A DNA stretch of 64,000 nucleotides, from positions 44,102-108,101 of the forward strand of contig JAFWVJ010000012.1 of the NCBI GenBank assembly GCA_017518295.1. The letters are read 5' to 3'. The translations under genes and the position numbers were made by a program. Positions 52,443 to 62,564 of the stretch are shown here, piece by piece. The notes under the pieces were generated by a model. That model was given only the letters and a program-made list of their open reading frames with translations, ran no database searches and was not told the origin of the DNA. This stretch comes from Clostridia bacterium (GTDB taxonomy: Bacteria > Bacillota > Clostridia > TANB77 > UBA1234). Positions within the stretch are counted from its first letter, which is position 1. Each line of letters opens with the position of its first letter.

Positions 52443-53225
52443 ATGTTTACTCGAAATGAAAATGGCGATGTTAACTCAAAAGTTGTATCTAATGAAATTG
52501 TTTTTTGGGCTATGGAAGAAACTGAAAAGGCAGAGGAAGAAAGAAAGCAAGGAGTGCTTCTCTGCGAAGGTGACGAAAATAGCATTGATTGCAAAGTATA
52601 TAGCTTAGTATTTCCAAATCTTTTAGTTGTTCCTGTTGGTGGTTGCTCAAATGTAATGCGGATTGTTCCAAATCTTCGCATTAAATTAGCACCTTTTAAA
52701 ATGTATGCCTTTGGCATTATTGATAGAGATGCTTTAAGTAAAAAAGAAATTAAGCGGCTTTTAAAAACACATGGAATTAATACTACTAAATTACCTTTTA
52801 TCGAAAATATTATTTGTGCTCCAGAAACATTAAGAATTATTTGCAAATATAAAGATATTGATGCTGATGAACTTATTCATCAAGTTCAGACTGAACTTAT
52901 GAAAATTCTTTGGCAAAAATTTAAAGAAACACTTCCGATTAATCTTGGAATTGAAAAGAACGAAAAGCTTAAGATTTTGATGATAGGTGCTTCCACAAAA
53001 AGGCAAGACATTTTAAAAGAAGTTGATGAAAATAATATTTTGTATTCTTATAGAGATAAAATTATTACTGTTATTATTGGCGCTCATATTGGTATAAGAA
53101 ATAAAAAAGATTATTATGCTATGATTATTGATATGATTAATAATCCAGAGTTTAGAGATGATTTAGCTACTGTTTTTGCAAAATTTATTCCTAAACTTGA
53201 AGTATACGATTTTGAAAAGTATTAA
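52443..53225 (+). CDS. stand-alone TOPRIM (DUF4435/OLD-type) domain protein
   Basis: LLCEGD..SID..VVPVGGCSNV..FGIIDRD..FIENII. Confidence 0.7.
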   Translation: MFTRNENGDVNSKVVSNEIVFWAMEETEKAEEERKQGVLLCEGDENSIDCKVYSLVFPNLLVVPVGGCSNVMRIVPNLRIKLAPFKMYAFGIIDRDALSKKEIKRLLKTHGINTTKLPFIENIICAPETLRIICKYKDIDADELIHQVQTELMKILWQKFKETLPINLGIEKNEKLKILMIGASTKRQDILKEVDENNILYSYRDKIITVIIGAHIGIRNKKDYYAMIIDMINNPEFRDDLATVFAKFIPKLEVYDFEKY

Positions 53226-53262
53226 AAAGAGTGCAAAGCAAATGCTTTGCACTCCTTTTTTG

Positions 53263-54024
53263 TCATTCGAAGAAATATCCTGAATATTCAGAGTGAAGGC
53301 CATTTATATAAATGGCATCGTGAAGAACCTTCCCGTGTTTGGTAGATAATACTTCGCCATTAAAATGGTTTGCACCATATAATGTATCGATTATTCTTCT
53401 TGAATTGCGAGAGATATTAATTCCTTCTGTTGAAGCATATACATTTACAGTTGTTCCTTTATTGCAGATGCTTTCAATCATTTCTGCTGTAACAACATCA
53501 GAGTTGCATGCATCAGCAAGATTTATTTCATCCACAAATATTCCGTTTAGACTGGCTTCTTCTGCGAATGTTATTGCACCATATCCGCCGAAACTAACAG
53601 CATCAAGAATAATCGGAAAAGCATCATCATCGCTTAAACTGGTGTATTTTTCTTTTAGAAAAAATACTAAGTCTTCAGCAACAGCTTCCCAAGATTTACT
53701 ATTCATGTTCTTATCATACATGGTCACCACAATAATATCTGCATCGATATCATCGTAGAGATCATAGTTGTTTATAAAGTTTATTACTCTATAAATAGAA
53801 TTACATTCCTGAGAGCCTGGGAAAAAAATTATCAATGGCCTTTCTCCATAATATTGATTGCTATCTCTACAAGCAATGTTTCCATGCTTTAAGCTGATAA
53901 CAACCATGTTTTCTTGAGTAACCTCTTCTGAATTAGCAGAAGCTGTGCAAATAATCAAAGCAATTGCAATGATAAAAGCACATAAAAACCTGGCAATTCC
54001 TTCTTGCTTTTTCATTAGATTCAT
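53263..54024 (-). CDS. secreted alpha/beta-hydrolase-like protein
   Basis: signal peptide; PLIIFFPG, AVSFGG nucleophile elbow, C-terminal HG. Confidence 0.65.
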   Translation of the reverse strand: MNLMKKQEGIARFLCAFIIAIALIICTASANSEEVTQENMVVISLKHGNIACRDSNQYYGERPLIIFFPGSQECNSIYRVINFINNYDLYDDIDADIIVVTMYDKNMNSKSWEAVAEDLVFFLKEKYTSLSDDDAFPIILDAVSFGGYGAITFAEEASLNGIFVDEINLADACNSDVVTAEMIESICNKGTTVNVYASTEGINISRNSRRIIDTLYGANHFNGEVLSTKHGKVLHDAIYINGLHSEYSGYFFE

Positions 54025-54033
54025 CTCCTTTTA

Positions 54034-54771
54034 TTATTCCCATTCAGAATGGAGACCATTCTCATATATTGCAGTGTAAAGCACTTCACCATGAGAACTG
54101 TCTAAAACTTCACCATAGAAATTGTATGAGCCATCTAATGCATCGATTAGCTCTCTTGTTTGCACAGAGATTTTACCACTGCTATGACATCCCCATACAT
54201 TGATCTTGGTGCCAGCTAAAGCCATCTGTTTTACCCAATCGATAGGTATGCAAAATGCCCATCGTCCATCTGCAATATTTAGTTCTTCTACCCAGATATT
54301 ATTCTTCATGAGTAGATCAGTTAAATAGCATCCACCATATCCGCCGAAACTTACGGCATCTATGATGATAGGAAACTTGTCATCATCAGTTAGACTATTA
54401 TATGTGTCGCTTAAGTAATCGAGTAAATCATCAGACACTTTTCTAAAATCATAATGACTGATTCCTTCAGTACGAAGGGCTACTACAATTACATCTGCTT
54501 CAATATCATCATAGAGTGCATATTTTCTTACAAATCCTATAGCTTTTTGAAGGTTGTTACATTCATTTGCTCCAGGAAAGAAGATAATAAGCGGTCTATT
54601 TGAGCCATAATACTTATTTGTATTAAGTTCGATGATATTACAATGGTCAAGTCTAGATGAAGTACAATTTTCCTTCGAGGTATCCACGGCAAAGGCTGTG
54701 GAGGTAAAAAGTTGGGTTAAAAGTGAGAGAATGATAAATGAAAACCGAATGACATGTCTGAGCCTTTTCAA
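54034..54771 (-). CDS. secreted alpha/beta-hydrolase-like protein (tandem paralog)
   Basis: same motifs as 53263-54024; TTG start after RBS aggaggag. Confidence 0.65.
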   Translation of the reverse strand: MKRLRHVIRFSFIILSLLTQLFTSTAFAVDTSKENCTSSRLDHCNIIELNTNKYYGSNRPLIIFFPGANECNNLQKAIGFVRKYALYDDIEADVIVVALRTEGISHYDFRKVSDDLLDYLSDTYNSLTDDDKFPIIIDAVSFGGYGGCYLTDLLMKNNIWVEELNIADGRWAFCIPIDWVKQMALAGTKINVWGCHSSGKISVQTRELIDALDGSYNFYGEVLDSSHGEVLYTAIYENGLHSEWE

Positions 54772-55002
54772 TTGAAAATCTCCTCCTTTTCATAATTTAT
54801 GAAATTGCTCCTTTATAGTATACATAATATTTGGCGAAATTTCAATAAAAATGCTATAAAAACGGCTAAAAATAGCTAAAAGTTGCAAAAAGCATCAAGT
54901 GAACATAAATATTGACAATTTACATAATGTATGATAGAATTGAGCCGTTCCCTAAAGAACAAATTATCCAAAAAATTATTATTATATTGGAAGGGGGTCA
55001 CG

Positions 55003-55344
55003 ATGTCTCGGAAAAATAGGTCAACTCTGATTGACCTAAGCAGGGAGCAAGATCTATATGAATCATCAAATAAGATTGAGCTTCATGCATCTCGACTATT
55101 TTTCGTTAAGAGAAAAAAAGGAGTGATTTTGAACAAAATTCCTGGTGAAACCAAAAGTATTTCAATCCTTGACGAAAACCTAGAAGAAGTTAGTACCAAT
55201 AGTAGAAGTGTTTTTTTCTTTGATGATGAACGTATCAATTATATGCTTCTTATCGAGACAATGGAGGGTGATTATATAGAATTTGTATTTTCGCCTGAAC
55301 AAAATGACTTTATAAAAAGGAAATCAGCATTGTTTCCTGAATGA
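55003..55344 (+). CDS. hypothetical protein
   Basis: start moved to the ATG after aaggggg; the ORF-track start lies inside the -10 box. Confidence 0.55.
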   Translation: MSRKNRSTLIDLSREQDLYESSNKIELHASRLFFVKRKKGVILNKIPGETKSISILDENLEEVSTNSRSVFFFDDERINYMLLIETMEGDYIEFVFSPEQNDFIKRKSALFPE

Positions 55345-55498
55345 ATTCGCCTGTGTATTTATTACACAGGCGATTTTTTATTATTAGGTTACTTTTTTGA
55401 AAGTTATGTTTACTGCAAGGTATAAATTTTTTGTTTGTTTGTTTTACGCTTTGCAGTGTGATATATTATTTATGAACTTTTTAAAAGAGGAGATTTTT

Positions 55499-57646
55499 AT
55501 GCTATCAATTAATGAAAAACTAATTCAAGAATTTAGCTTAAAACCATTTCAAGTTGAAAATGCTATTAAGCTAATTGATGAAGGAAACACAATTCCATTT
55601 ATCGCAAGATATAGAAAAGAAGCAACTGGTCAAATGTCGGATGAGCAACTTCGTGACATGTTTGATCGTCTTACTTATCTTAGAAATTTGGAAAAACGTA
55701 AAGAAGAAGTTATTAGACTTATTGATGAACAAGGAAAACTTACTGAAGAGTTACAAGCAGAAATTGAAAAAGCTGAAACTATGACAGAAGTTGAAGACTT
55801 ATATAGACCATATAAGCAAAAGAAACGTACAAGAGCAACTATAGCAAAAGAAAAAGGATTAGAACCTTTAGCGTTATTAATATTTGCACAAGAAGATAAA
55901 ACTCCTTTAGAAGAATTAGCTAAAGAATATATAAATGAAGAAAAAGGTGTAGCAACAGTAGAAGATGCTCTACAAGGTGCATCAGATATTATAGCTGAAA
56001 TGATTTCTGATGAAGCTGAATATAGAAAGAAGATTAGAAGTATTATTTATAAGATGGGTATTATAGTTACAAAAGCAGCTAAGGATGAAAAATCTGTTTA
56101 TGATATGTACTATGAATATTCAGAACCTGTAAATAAAATACCTAGCCATAGAATACTTGCTATCAATCGTGGAGAAAAAGAAGAATTCTTAAAGGTTAAA
56201 ATTGATGGTACTGATGAAGAAATAATTAGTTACCTTAATAAACAGGTTATTGTAGAGAATTCTCCAAGAGAAGATTTCTTAAAAGCAGCCGTTGAAGACA
56301 GTTATAAAAGATTAATTAAACCATCTGTTGAAAATGAAGTTAGAAATGATCTTACAGAAAAAGCAGATGAACAAGCTATAAAAGTATTTGGACAAAATGC
56401 TAAAAAACTTTTGCTACAACCACCACTTAAAGATTTGGTTGTAATGGGATTTGACCCAGCATATAGAACAGGTTGTAAGATAGCTGTTATTTCAGAAACT
56501 GGTAAATTATTAGATACTACAACAGTATATCCTACAGAACCACAAAATGATGTTGAGGGTGCTAAAAAGAAGTTATTAGAACTTATTGATAAATTTAAAG
56601 TTAATATGATTTCTATTGGAAATGGTACTGCATCAAGAGAATCAGAGATGTTTGTCGCAGACATGATAAAGGAAGTAAAACATCCAATATATTATGCAAT
56701 AGTTAGTGAGGCCGGTGCATCGGTATATAGTGCATCAAAGCTTGCTACAGAAGAATATCCAGATATTAATGTTTCACTTCGTGGAGCTATTTCAATCGCA
56801 AGAAGACTTCAAGATCCACTTGCTGAATTAGTTAAGATAGATCCTAAGAGCATTGGTGTTGGCCAATATCAACACGATGTTAACCAAGTAAGACTAGAAG
56901 AATCTTTAGGTGGAGTTGTTGAAGATGCAGTTAATAGTGTAGGTGTAGATTTAAATATTGCTACGCCATCACTTTTAAAATATGTTTCTGGTATTTCAAA
57001 AACTGTTGCAAATAATATAGTAAAATATAGAGACGAAAACGGTAAGATTAAAAATCGTAAAGAATTATTGAAGGTTTCAAAATTGGGACCAGCTGCTTAC
57101 ACACAATGTGCAGGCTTCTTAAGAATTACAGATGGAGATAATCCATTAGATAATACTTCTGTTCACCCAGAAAGTTATGAAGCAACAACAAAACTTTTAG
57201 AAAAATTAGGATTTAAAGTTGCAGATTTAAAAACAAATTTGGCAGAAATAAAAGAAAAACTTGCAACATTAAATACTAAAGAGATGTCTAATGAATTAGA
57301 AATAGGTGAGCCTACTTTAATAGATATTATTAAAGAGCTTCAAAAACCAGGTAGAGACCCACGTGATGAGATGCCAAAACCTATTTTGAGATCTGATGTA
57401 TTAAAATTTGAAGATTTAAAAGAAGGAATGGTACTTACAGGTACAGTACGTAATGTAATTGACTTCGGTGCGTTTGTAGATATCGGTGTTAAGCATGATG
57501 GCCTAGTACATATCTCTGAACTTTCAGATAAATATATCAAAAATCCGATGGATGTTGTTTCAGTTGGAGATATTGTTAAAGTAAGAGTAATAAAAGTAGA
57601 TATGGAAAAAATGAAAGTATCACTTTCGATGAAAAATGTTGAATAA
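55499..57646 (+). CDS. tex: Tex RNA-binding transcriptional accessory protein
   Basis: NTIPFIARYRKE, DPAYRTGCK, IGNGTASRES, IGVGQYQHD, S1 domain. Confidence 0.96.
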   Translation: MLSINEKLIQEFSLKPFQVENAIKLIDEGNTIPFIARYRKEATGQMSDEQLRDMFDRLTYLRNLEKRKEEVIRLIDEQGKLTEELQAEIEKAETMTEVEDLYRPYKQKKRTRATIAKEKGLEPLALLIFAQEDKTPLEELAKEYINEEKGVATVEDALQGASDIIAEMISDEAEYRKKIRSIIYKMGIIVTKAAKDEKSVYDMYYEYSEPVNKIPSHRILAINRGEKEEFLKVKIDGTDEEIISYLNKQVIVENSPREDFLKAAVEDSYKRLIKPSVENEVRNDLTEKADEQAIKVFGQNAKKLLLQPPLKDLVVMGFDPAYRTGCKIAVISETGKLLDTTTVYPTEPQNDVEGAKKKLLELIDKFKVNMISIGNGTASRESEMFVADMIKEVKHPIYYAIVSEAGASVYSASKLATEEYPDINVSLRGAISIARRLQDPLAELVKIDPKSIGVGQYQHDVNQVRLEESLGGVVEDAVNSVGVDLNIATPSLLKYVSGISKTVANNIVKYRDENGKIKNRKELLKVSKLGPAAYTQCAGFLRITDGDNPLDNTSVHPESYEATTKLLEKLGFKVADLKTNLAEIKEKLATLNTKEMSNELEIGEPTLIDIIKELQKPGRDPRDEMPKPILRSDVLKFEDLKEGMVLTGTVRNVIDFGAFVDIGVKHDGLVHISELSDKYIKNPMDVVSVGDIVKVRVIKVDMEKMKVSLSMKNVE

Positions 57647-57659
57647 AAGGAGGATGATT

Positions 57660-58424
57660 ATGAACAAAAAATCATTATTAGTATTAGCAATTTTGGTTTT
57701 GGCGGTTGGTTTATTTGGATGCGATAATAAGAAAAAACAACCAGTTGTAGATGAGAAAGATCCTTATGATCAAACTTTTCCTGCGGAGATATTAGAAGCT
57801 TATAAAACCAAAATAGAAGAAATCGAAAAAGCACATAAAGCTGAGCAAGCAAAATTGATGGAAGAAGATCCTGATTTTGATATAGCAAGTTTAACTAATC
57901 TTAAATATGATTTTGCATTTATTAACGATGATAATATCCCAGAATTACTTGTTACAAATACAGGACATTCTTTGGCTGTATACACATATGTAGATGGAAA
58001 GATAGTATATACTATGCAGGATGAAGGCATTACAGATGAGCACGGTTGGCTATATGGTATTGCAGGAAATACTGGATATGACTATGTTCCAAGAGCAAAT
58101 GTTATTAGAAATTATAATAATGAATATGCAGGTTTAGTTAGATATGTTTCTTTCAATAAATTAGATGAAAAAACAAATCAAATGGTTCCTGTATATGATG
58201 AGGCATTAAAAGAATTTCATTTTAATGATAAGAACCTAAATAATGAAATAGATGAAGACGAAGCAGATGATTATGTTAAAGAACCAGTAGCATTTTTCTT
58301 TGGCGAAAATGAAATCACAAAAGAAGAATATGATGCTAAATTAATTGATGGTGATTTCGAAGAATTAGTTGGAAGACTATCTGCTGCAAAAATGGTAGAA
58401 AAAATTGAATCTTTAAAGAAATAA
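57660..58424 (+). CDS. acidic lipoprotein
   Basis: lipobox LFGC; INDDNIPELL. Confidence 0.75.
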   Translation: MNKKSLLVLAILVLAVGLFGCDNKKKQPVVDEKDPYDQTFPAEILEAYKTKIEEIEKAHKAEQAKLMEEDPDFDIASLTNLKYDFAFINDDNIPELLVTNTGHSLAVYTYVDGKIVYTMQDEGITDEHGWLYGIAGNTGYDYVPRANVIRNYNNEYAGLVRYVSFNKLDEKTNQMVPVYDEALKEFHFNDKNLNNEIDEDEADDYVKEPVAFFFGENEITKEEYDAKLIDGDFEELVGRLSAAKMVEKIESLKK

Positions 58425-58452
58425 AAAAATATAAAAGAAAAGGAGAATAATT

Positions 58453-59286
58453 ATGAACAAAAAGATTTTATTTTTAGTTGCAATGTTAATGTTAGTTTTA
58501 GCACTTGTTGCATGTGGTGAACAAAACAAGCCAACAACAAATGCTAGTGGTGATCAAATTGTTTCAAATGAAAAAGAAAATGGTAATGGTATAAATGATG
58601 AAGAACCTACTGATCCTTATGTAGCAAATATACCAAATGAGATTGTTGATTTTTATAAAGAAAAAGTTGAAGAAATTGAAAAGAAGTATAAAGCTGACCA
58701 AGCCCAAATGCTTGAAAGTGACCCTGATGTTGATGTTTCATCTTTAACCAATTTAAAATACGATTTAGTATTTTTAGATGATAACAATACTCCTGAATTA
58801 GTAGTTACTCAAGATGGTGTAAGAACAATTCTTTACACATATGATGCTGGTAAAGTAATTTATACTATGAAAGATGGACAAAATGATGACACAGATGAAT
58901 ATGGATGGGCATTTGGCATAGCTGGTAACGTAGGATATGAATTTATTCCTAGAAAAAATATTATTAGAAGTTATTCTAATGAGATGACTGGATTAAAAAG
59001 ATATTATATGTTTAATACATTAGATAATACTGATTTTCAATTAAAGAACAAATATGATGAATTATTATTTGAAGGTCATTTTGATGATAAAAATAATAAT
59101 GGCGAAATTGATGAAGGCGAAGATACTAAGTTTTTAGAAGAACCAGTATATTATTATGGAAATAAAGTAATCACTAAAGAAGAATTTGATAGTTATCTAA
59201 TTGAAGGTGATTATGAAGAATTAGCTGGAACAAAATCATATGCTGATATGATTAAAGCTTTAGACTTATTAATTAATCAAAAATAG
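58453..59286 (+). CDS. acidic lipoprotein (tandem paralog)
   Basis: lipobox LVAC; shares SLTNLKYD, GIAGNxGY, ITKEE with 57660-58424. Confidence 0.75.
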   Translation: MNKKILFLVAMLMLVLALVACGEQNKPTTNASGDQIVSNEKENGNGINDEEPTDPYVANIPNEIVDFYKEKVEEIEKKYKADQAQMLESDPDVDVSSLTNLKYDLVFLDDNNTPELVVTQDGVRTILYTYDAGKVIYTMKDGQNDDTDEYGWAFGIAGNVGYEFIPRKNIIRSYSNEMTGLKRYYMFNTLDNTDFQLKNKYDELLFEGHFDDKNNNGEIDEGEDTKFLEEPVYYYGNKVITKEEFDSYLIEGDYEELAGTKSYADMIKALDLLINQK

Positions 59287-59327
59287 TATTATAAAAAAGT
59301 GGTAACTATAAGTTACCACTTTTTATT

Positions 59328-59912
59328 TTATGAATTAAGAGACTCATTTATAACTTCCCAAATATTTTCGACATATGCTTTTGTTTCAGATGAATAAGGA
59401 AATATTAAATCTTCTTGAACATCTAGTGCCTTTGCAATGTCATCCACATATGATTTAACTTTTGTTTTTGCAATTTTGTCTGCTTTTGATGTGATTACAA
59501 TATATCTTCTTCCAGTTGATTTAATGTAATCCATCATAGTTATATCGTTTTGGGTAGGCTTGTGTCTAATGTCTACTAATAGAATTATTAAATTTATATT
59601 TTGTCTATTTTTAAGGTAGCTATTAACAGATGTAGCTACTTTTTCTTGTTCTGATTTTGACATTTCTGAATATCCATATCCAGGAAGATCAACAAAATAG
59701 AAATAATCATCTATGTTATAGAAATTTAGTTGACGAGTTTTGCCAGGAGCAGAAGAAGTTCTTGCAAGTGATTTTCTATTTACCATTGAGTTTATAAAAG
59801 ATGATTTACCAACGTTGGATTTTCCTGCTAAAACAATTTCTGGTGTTTTTCCTTTTGGGTATTGAGATTTATTCATTACAGATATTTCAAATTTAGCATT
59901 ATTTATATTCAT
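59328..59912 (-). CDS. engB: ribosome biogenesis GTPase YsxC/EngB
   Basis: GKSNVGKSS, PGKT, DLPGYG, KADK. Confidence 0.96.
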   Translation of the reverse strand: MNINNAKFEISVMNKSQYPKGKTPEIVLAGKSNVGKSSFINSMVNRKSLARTSSAPGKTRQLNFYNIDDYFYFVDLPGYGYSEMSKSEQEKVATSVNSYLKNRQNINLIILLVDIRHKPTQNDITMMDYIKSTGRRYIVITSKADKIAKTKVKSYVDDIAKALDVQEDLIFPYSSETKAYVENIWEVINESLNS

Positions 59913-60027
59913 AATTAGCCTCCCTAAGTAGCTATAATTGTATCATAAAACTATCTAAAATCCAACAACAGAAGCTCAAACACTAGAAATTTAGCCGCTT
60001 TTATGGTATAATATATGTTGAATTTGT

Positions 60028-60050
60028 GTATCGGCGACCATCGGTCGCAA
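60028..60050 (+). repeat. REP-like palindrome
   Basis: GTATCGGCGACCATCGGTCGCAA. Confidence 0.7.
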
Positions 60051-60073
60051 TAATAAGAAAAGAGGTGATATTT

Positions 60074-61354
60074 ATGAACGATAATATTATAAAGCTTGTT
60101 GAGAAACTAAAAACAGAAATTGATAATAGAGGAATCGATGCGGTTAGAGAGTTCTTTTCAAATCCAAGGATGATTGCAAATAATTTGGCTGATAGTCAAG
60201 ATGTTGAATATATTAAAAGAATGATTATGGCTCAACTACATGTGCATAGTATGGTAGTATCTCATAAATATCATGAACTAAATTTTGAAGATAAAGAAAA
60301 ATTAGCAGAAGACGTTTCTAGACTTCATAGAAAGATAGATAGCAATAATATTCTTTTATTTGATAATGAAGAATTAGATATGCTATTTGGAAATCCTTTA
60401 GGTATCAAAAATCAAAGAGAATATAATAAGCTAAATAATTATTATTATAATATGTATTCATATGATACTTTTTTAAAGATGTGCGATATAGAAAAAGATC
60501 AAATGACTTTATCATCATGTAAAAATCCTTTTAAAAGATTTCTACTTTCTCAAAGGATTAAGAAAAATGTAAATCATTATTCTTTAGCACCTCTAGAAGC
60601 ACAAGTTGTGAGGAAGATTGTTAGTGAAGAAATTTCAAAGAATCCATTAGCTGATCAATTTTTAATTTTTAAAATGGTTTCGCAAAGAATGGATAGATCT
60701 TTGTATGAAGCGGGAAGATCTTTTGAAGCCACAGATATTATTAAGATGACACTTTCTTCTTTAAGAAATCCATCAAAAGAGCCTATTAATATTATAGATG
60801 CTTGCAAGTCATACAGAAGAGAATTAGGTGAAGTCTATTCTTTAATGGATGAAAAAATAGACTATCGTAAGAAAGAAACATATTTAGGTGGAGGAATTGG
60901 GCAAAAGAAGATTAAAAATATCGAACCTGAAAAGATTCCTGAAGAAATGGAAAAACTTCAATTAGAATATATGGATGCATATGAAAATTCTAAAGATATG
61001 GAAGAATATATAAAAAGAGTATCTAGAATATTTGCTAAATTTGTTTATTTACAACCATTTGAAGATTGTAACAAAAGGACAGGAATATGCTTATTAAATG
61101 CGATGTTTCAATCAAAAGGAATTAAACCAGTACCATTTAGTGTAACTCATAGTAAGTATTTAAGTTATGAAGTATTTAAAAATGCTTATGATAGAGCAGG
61201 TCAAGGCGAATATAGTGCATTAGAAGATGTAATGGTTGAAGTATGTAAAAAAGAAGGAAGAATAGCTCAAAATAAGGAAAATGAAGGAAAAAAACCACTA
61301 GAAATGCAAAAACCAAACGGTAAAGATGTGGAGAATAAGGCAGAAATAGAGTAA
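60074..61354 (+). CDS. Fic-domain protein with non-canonical motif
   Basis: YLQPFEDCNKRTG; start after RBS agaggtg. Confidence 0.75.
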   Translation: MNDNIIKLVEKLKTEIDNRGIDAVREFFSNPRMIANNLADSQDVEYIKRMIMAQLHVHSMVVSHKYHELNFEDKEKLAEDVSRLHRKIDSNNILLFDNEELDMLFGNPLGIKNQREYNKLNNYYYNMYSYDTFLKMCDIEKDQMTLSSCKNPFKRFLLSQRIKKNVNHYSLAPLEAQVVRKIVSEEISKNPLADQFLIFKMVSQRMDRSLYEAGRSFEATDIIKMTLSSLRNPSKEPINIIDACKSYRRELGEVYSLMDEKIDYRKKETYLGGGIGQKKIKNIEPEKIPEEMEKLQLEYMDAYENSKDMEEYIKRVSRIFAKFVYLQPFEDCNKRTGICLLNAMFQSKGIKPVPFSVTHSKYLSYEVFKNAYDRAGQGEYSALEDVMVEVCKKEGRIAQNKENEGKKPLEMQKPNGKDVENKAEIE

Positions 61355-61589
61355 AATATGTTGACATAAGCTTGAAGATTAACATAATTTATGATATAAT
61401 ATATGCGTACGGCAATATATTTATACAAAAGGGGTCTAACGGTCATTTTGAACTGTTAGGTTACTAATCCCCGTTGTCGTCGTTTCCTTGTTTCCACTCG
61501 AAAGAGTGTTTTATAATAGTCACCCTTTAAAACTGTAGTCAAGCGAAGCTTGACAGAAGAAAACAACATGATTGAAGGAGGAACTAAAA

Positions 61590-62477
61590 ATGAAACGGTT
61601 TGCTTATGTCACAATGATGGTTCTGGCTATGGTTATGGTTCTGATGGTTTCATCTGCATGCGCGGATGAATTCTATCAGGAGGCCCAGGTGGGCGTGGTT
61701 GTTTCGAGCAGAGTTTCTGCTAGAGCATACGCGGATACTCGCAGTGATGCGGTTGCCAAACTTACCAATGGCACACGTATGTGTGTTATTGGTAAAACAA
61801 TGGGTTATTACGATGGAGTCCAGGACGAGTTTTATATCGTCACTGGTGATTCCATAGGACTCGCTGGCTTCGGCTACGCATACGTAGCTGCAGATTACGT
61901 CTATCTCGGAAAGCCCGAGATGGTTCGTATGATGAAAGATACCAAAGCATATGCAGCACCATCCCGCGATTGCAAAGCGATTGCGGAAATTAGCTCCAAT
62001 CAGGAGCGGATGGTACTTGAAAAACTCTACGTGAATGGCGAGCTTTGGCTTTCTATTCAAGTAGACTCTGACAACAGAGGTGTTGGACTTGTACCGGCTT
62101 CTGAAGTCAGCGAAATCTTCTATTCTACAACCGACAGTCAGTTGGAAGCTAGCTATCGTGGAGCACTTAGCTACACTGTAGCAGCTCAGGCTGAAGAAGT
62201 TGTAGTAGCTGCTGAAGAGCCTGCCGTTGAACAGACACAGGTGACTGAGCAGCAGGATGCGACGACAGTTCCTGTAGGCGGAGGAAATGTTGTTGCCGGG
62301 CAGAACGCGAGGGTTCTTGCACCCTTTAGCGTTGTGTACAACGGAACAACATATAATTTCGCTGCAGGCGATGTGGTTTACGTCTGGGACGTTGACGCCC
62401 AGGGCGGACACTGCAAGGTTGTAACCAACTCGAAGATGGTTCGGGTTGAGGTTGCATACCTGACGGTCGCTAATTAA
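61590..62477 (+). CDS. secreted protein with SH3b-like repeats
   Basis: signal peptide; VSARAYADTRSDAVAKL..G.R..VIG..YVAADYV repeated. Confidence 0.6.
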   Translation: MKRFAYVTMMVLAMVMVLMVSSACADEFYQEAQVGVVVSSRVSARAYADTRSDAVAKLTNGTRMCVIGKTMGYYDGVQDEFYIVTGDSIGLAGFGYAYVAADYVYLGKPEMVRMMKDTKAYAAPSRDCKAIAEISSNQERMVLEKLYVNGELWLSIQVDSDNRGVGLVPASEVSEIFYSTTDSQLEASYRGALSYTVAAQAEEVVVAAEEPAVEQTQVTEQQDATTVPVGGGNVVAGQNARVLAPFSVVYNGTTYNFAAGDVVYVWDVDAQGGHCKVVTNSKMVRVEVAYLTVAN

Positions 62478-62564
62478 GTGACTGGACCCGTTTGTCTTTA
62501 TAGGCAAACGGGTTTTTATTATGCACAAAAAAGCGACTTTCTAAAATAGAAAGTCGCTTTTATT

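Noticed and set aside
61650-62528. 292 aa minus-strand ORF
   Set aside because: Antisense shadow of the signal-peptide-bearing gene; no RBS or motifs
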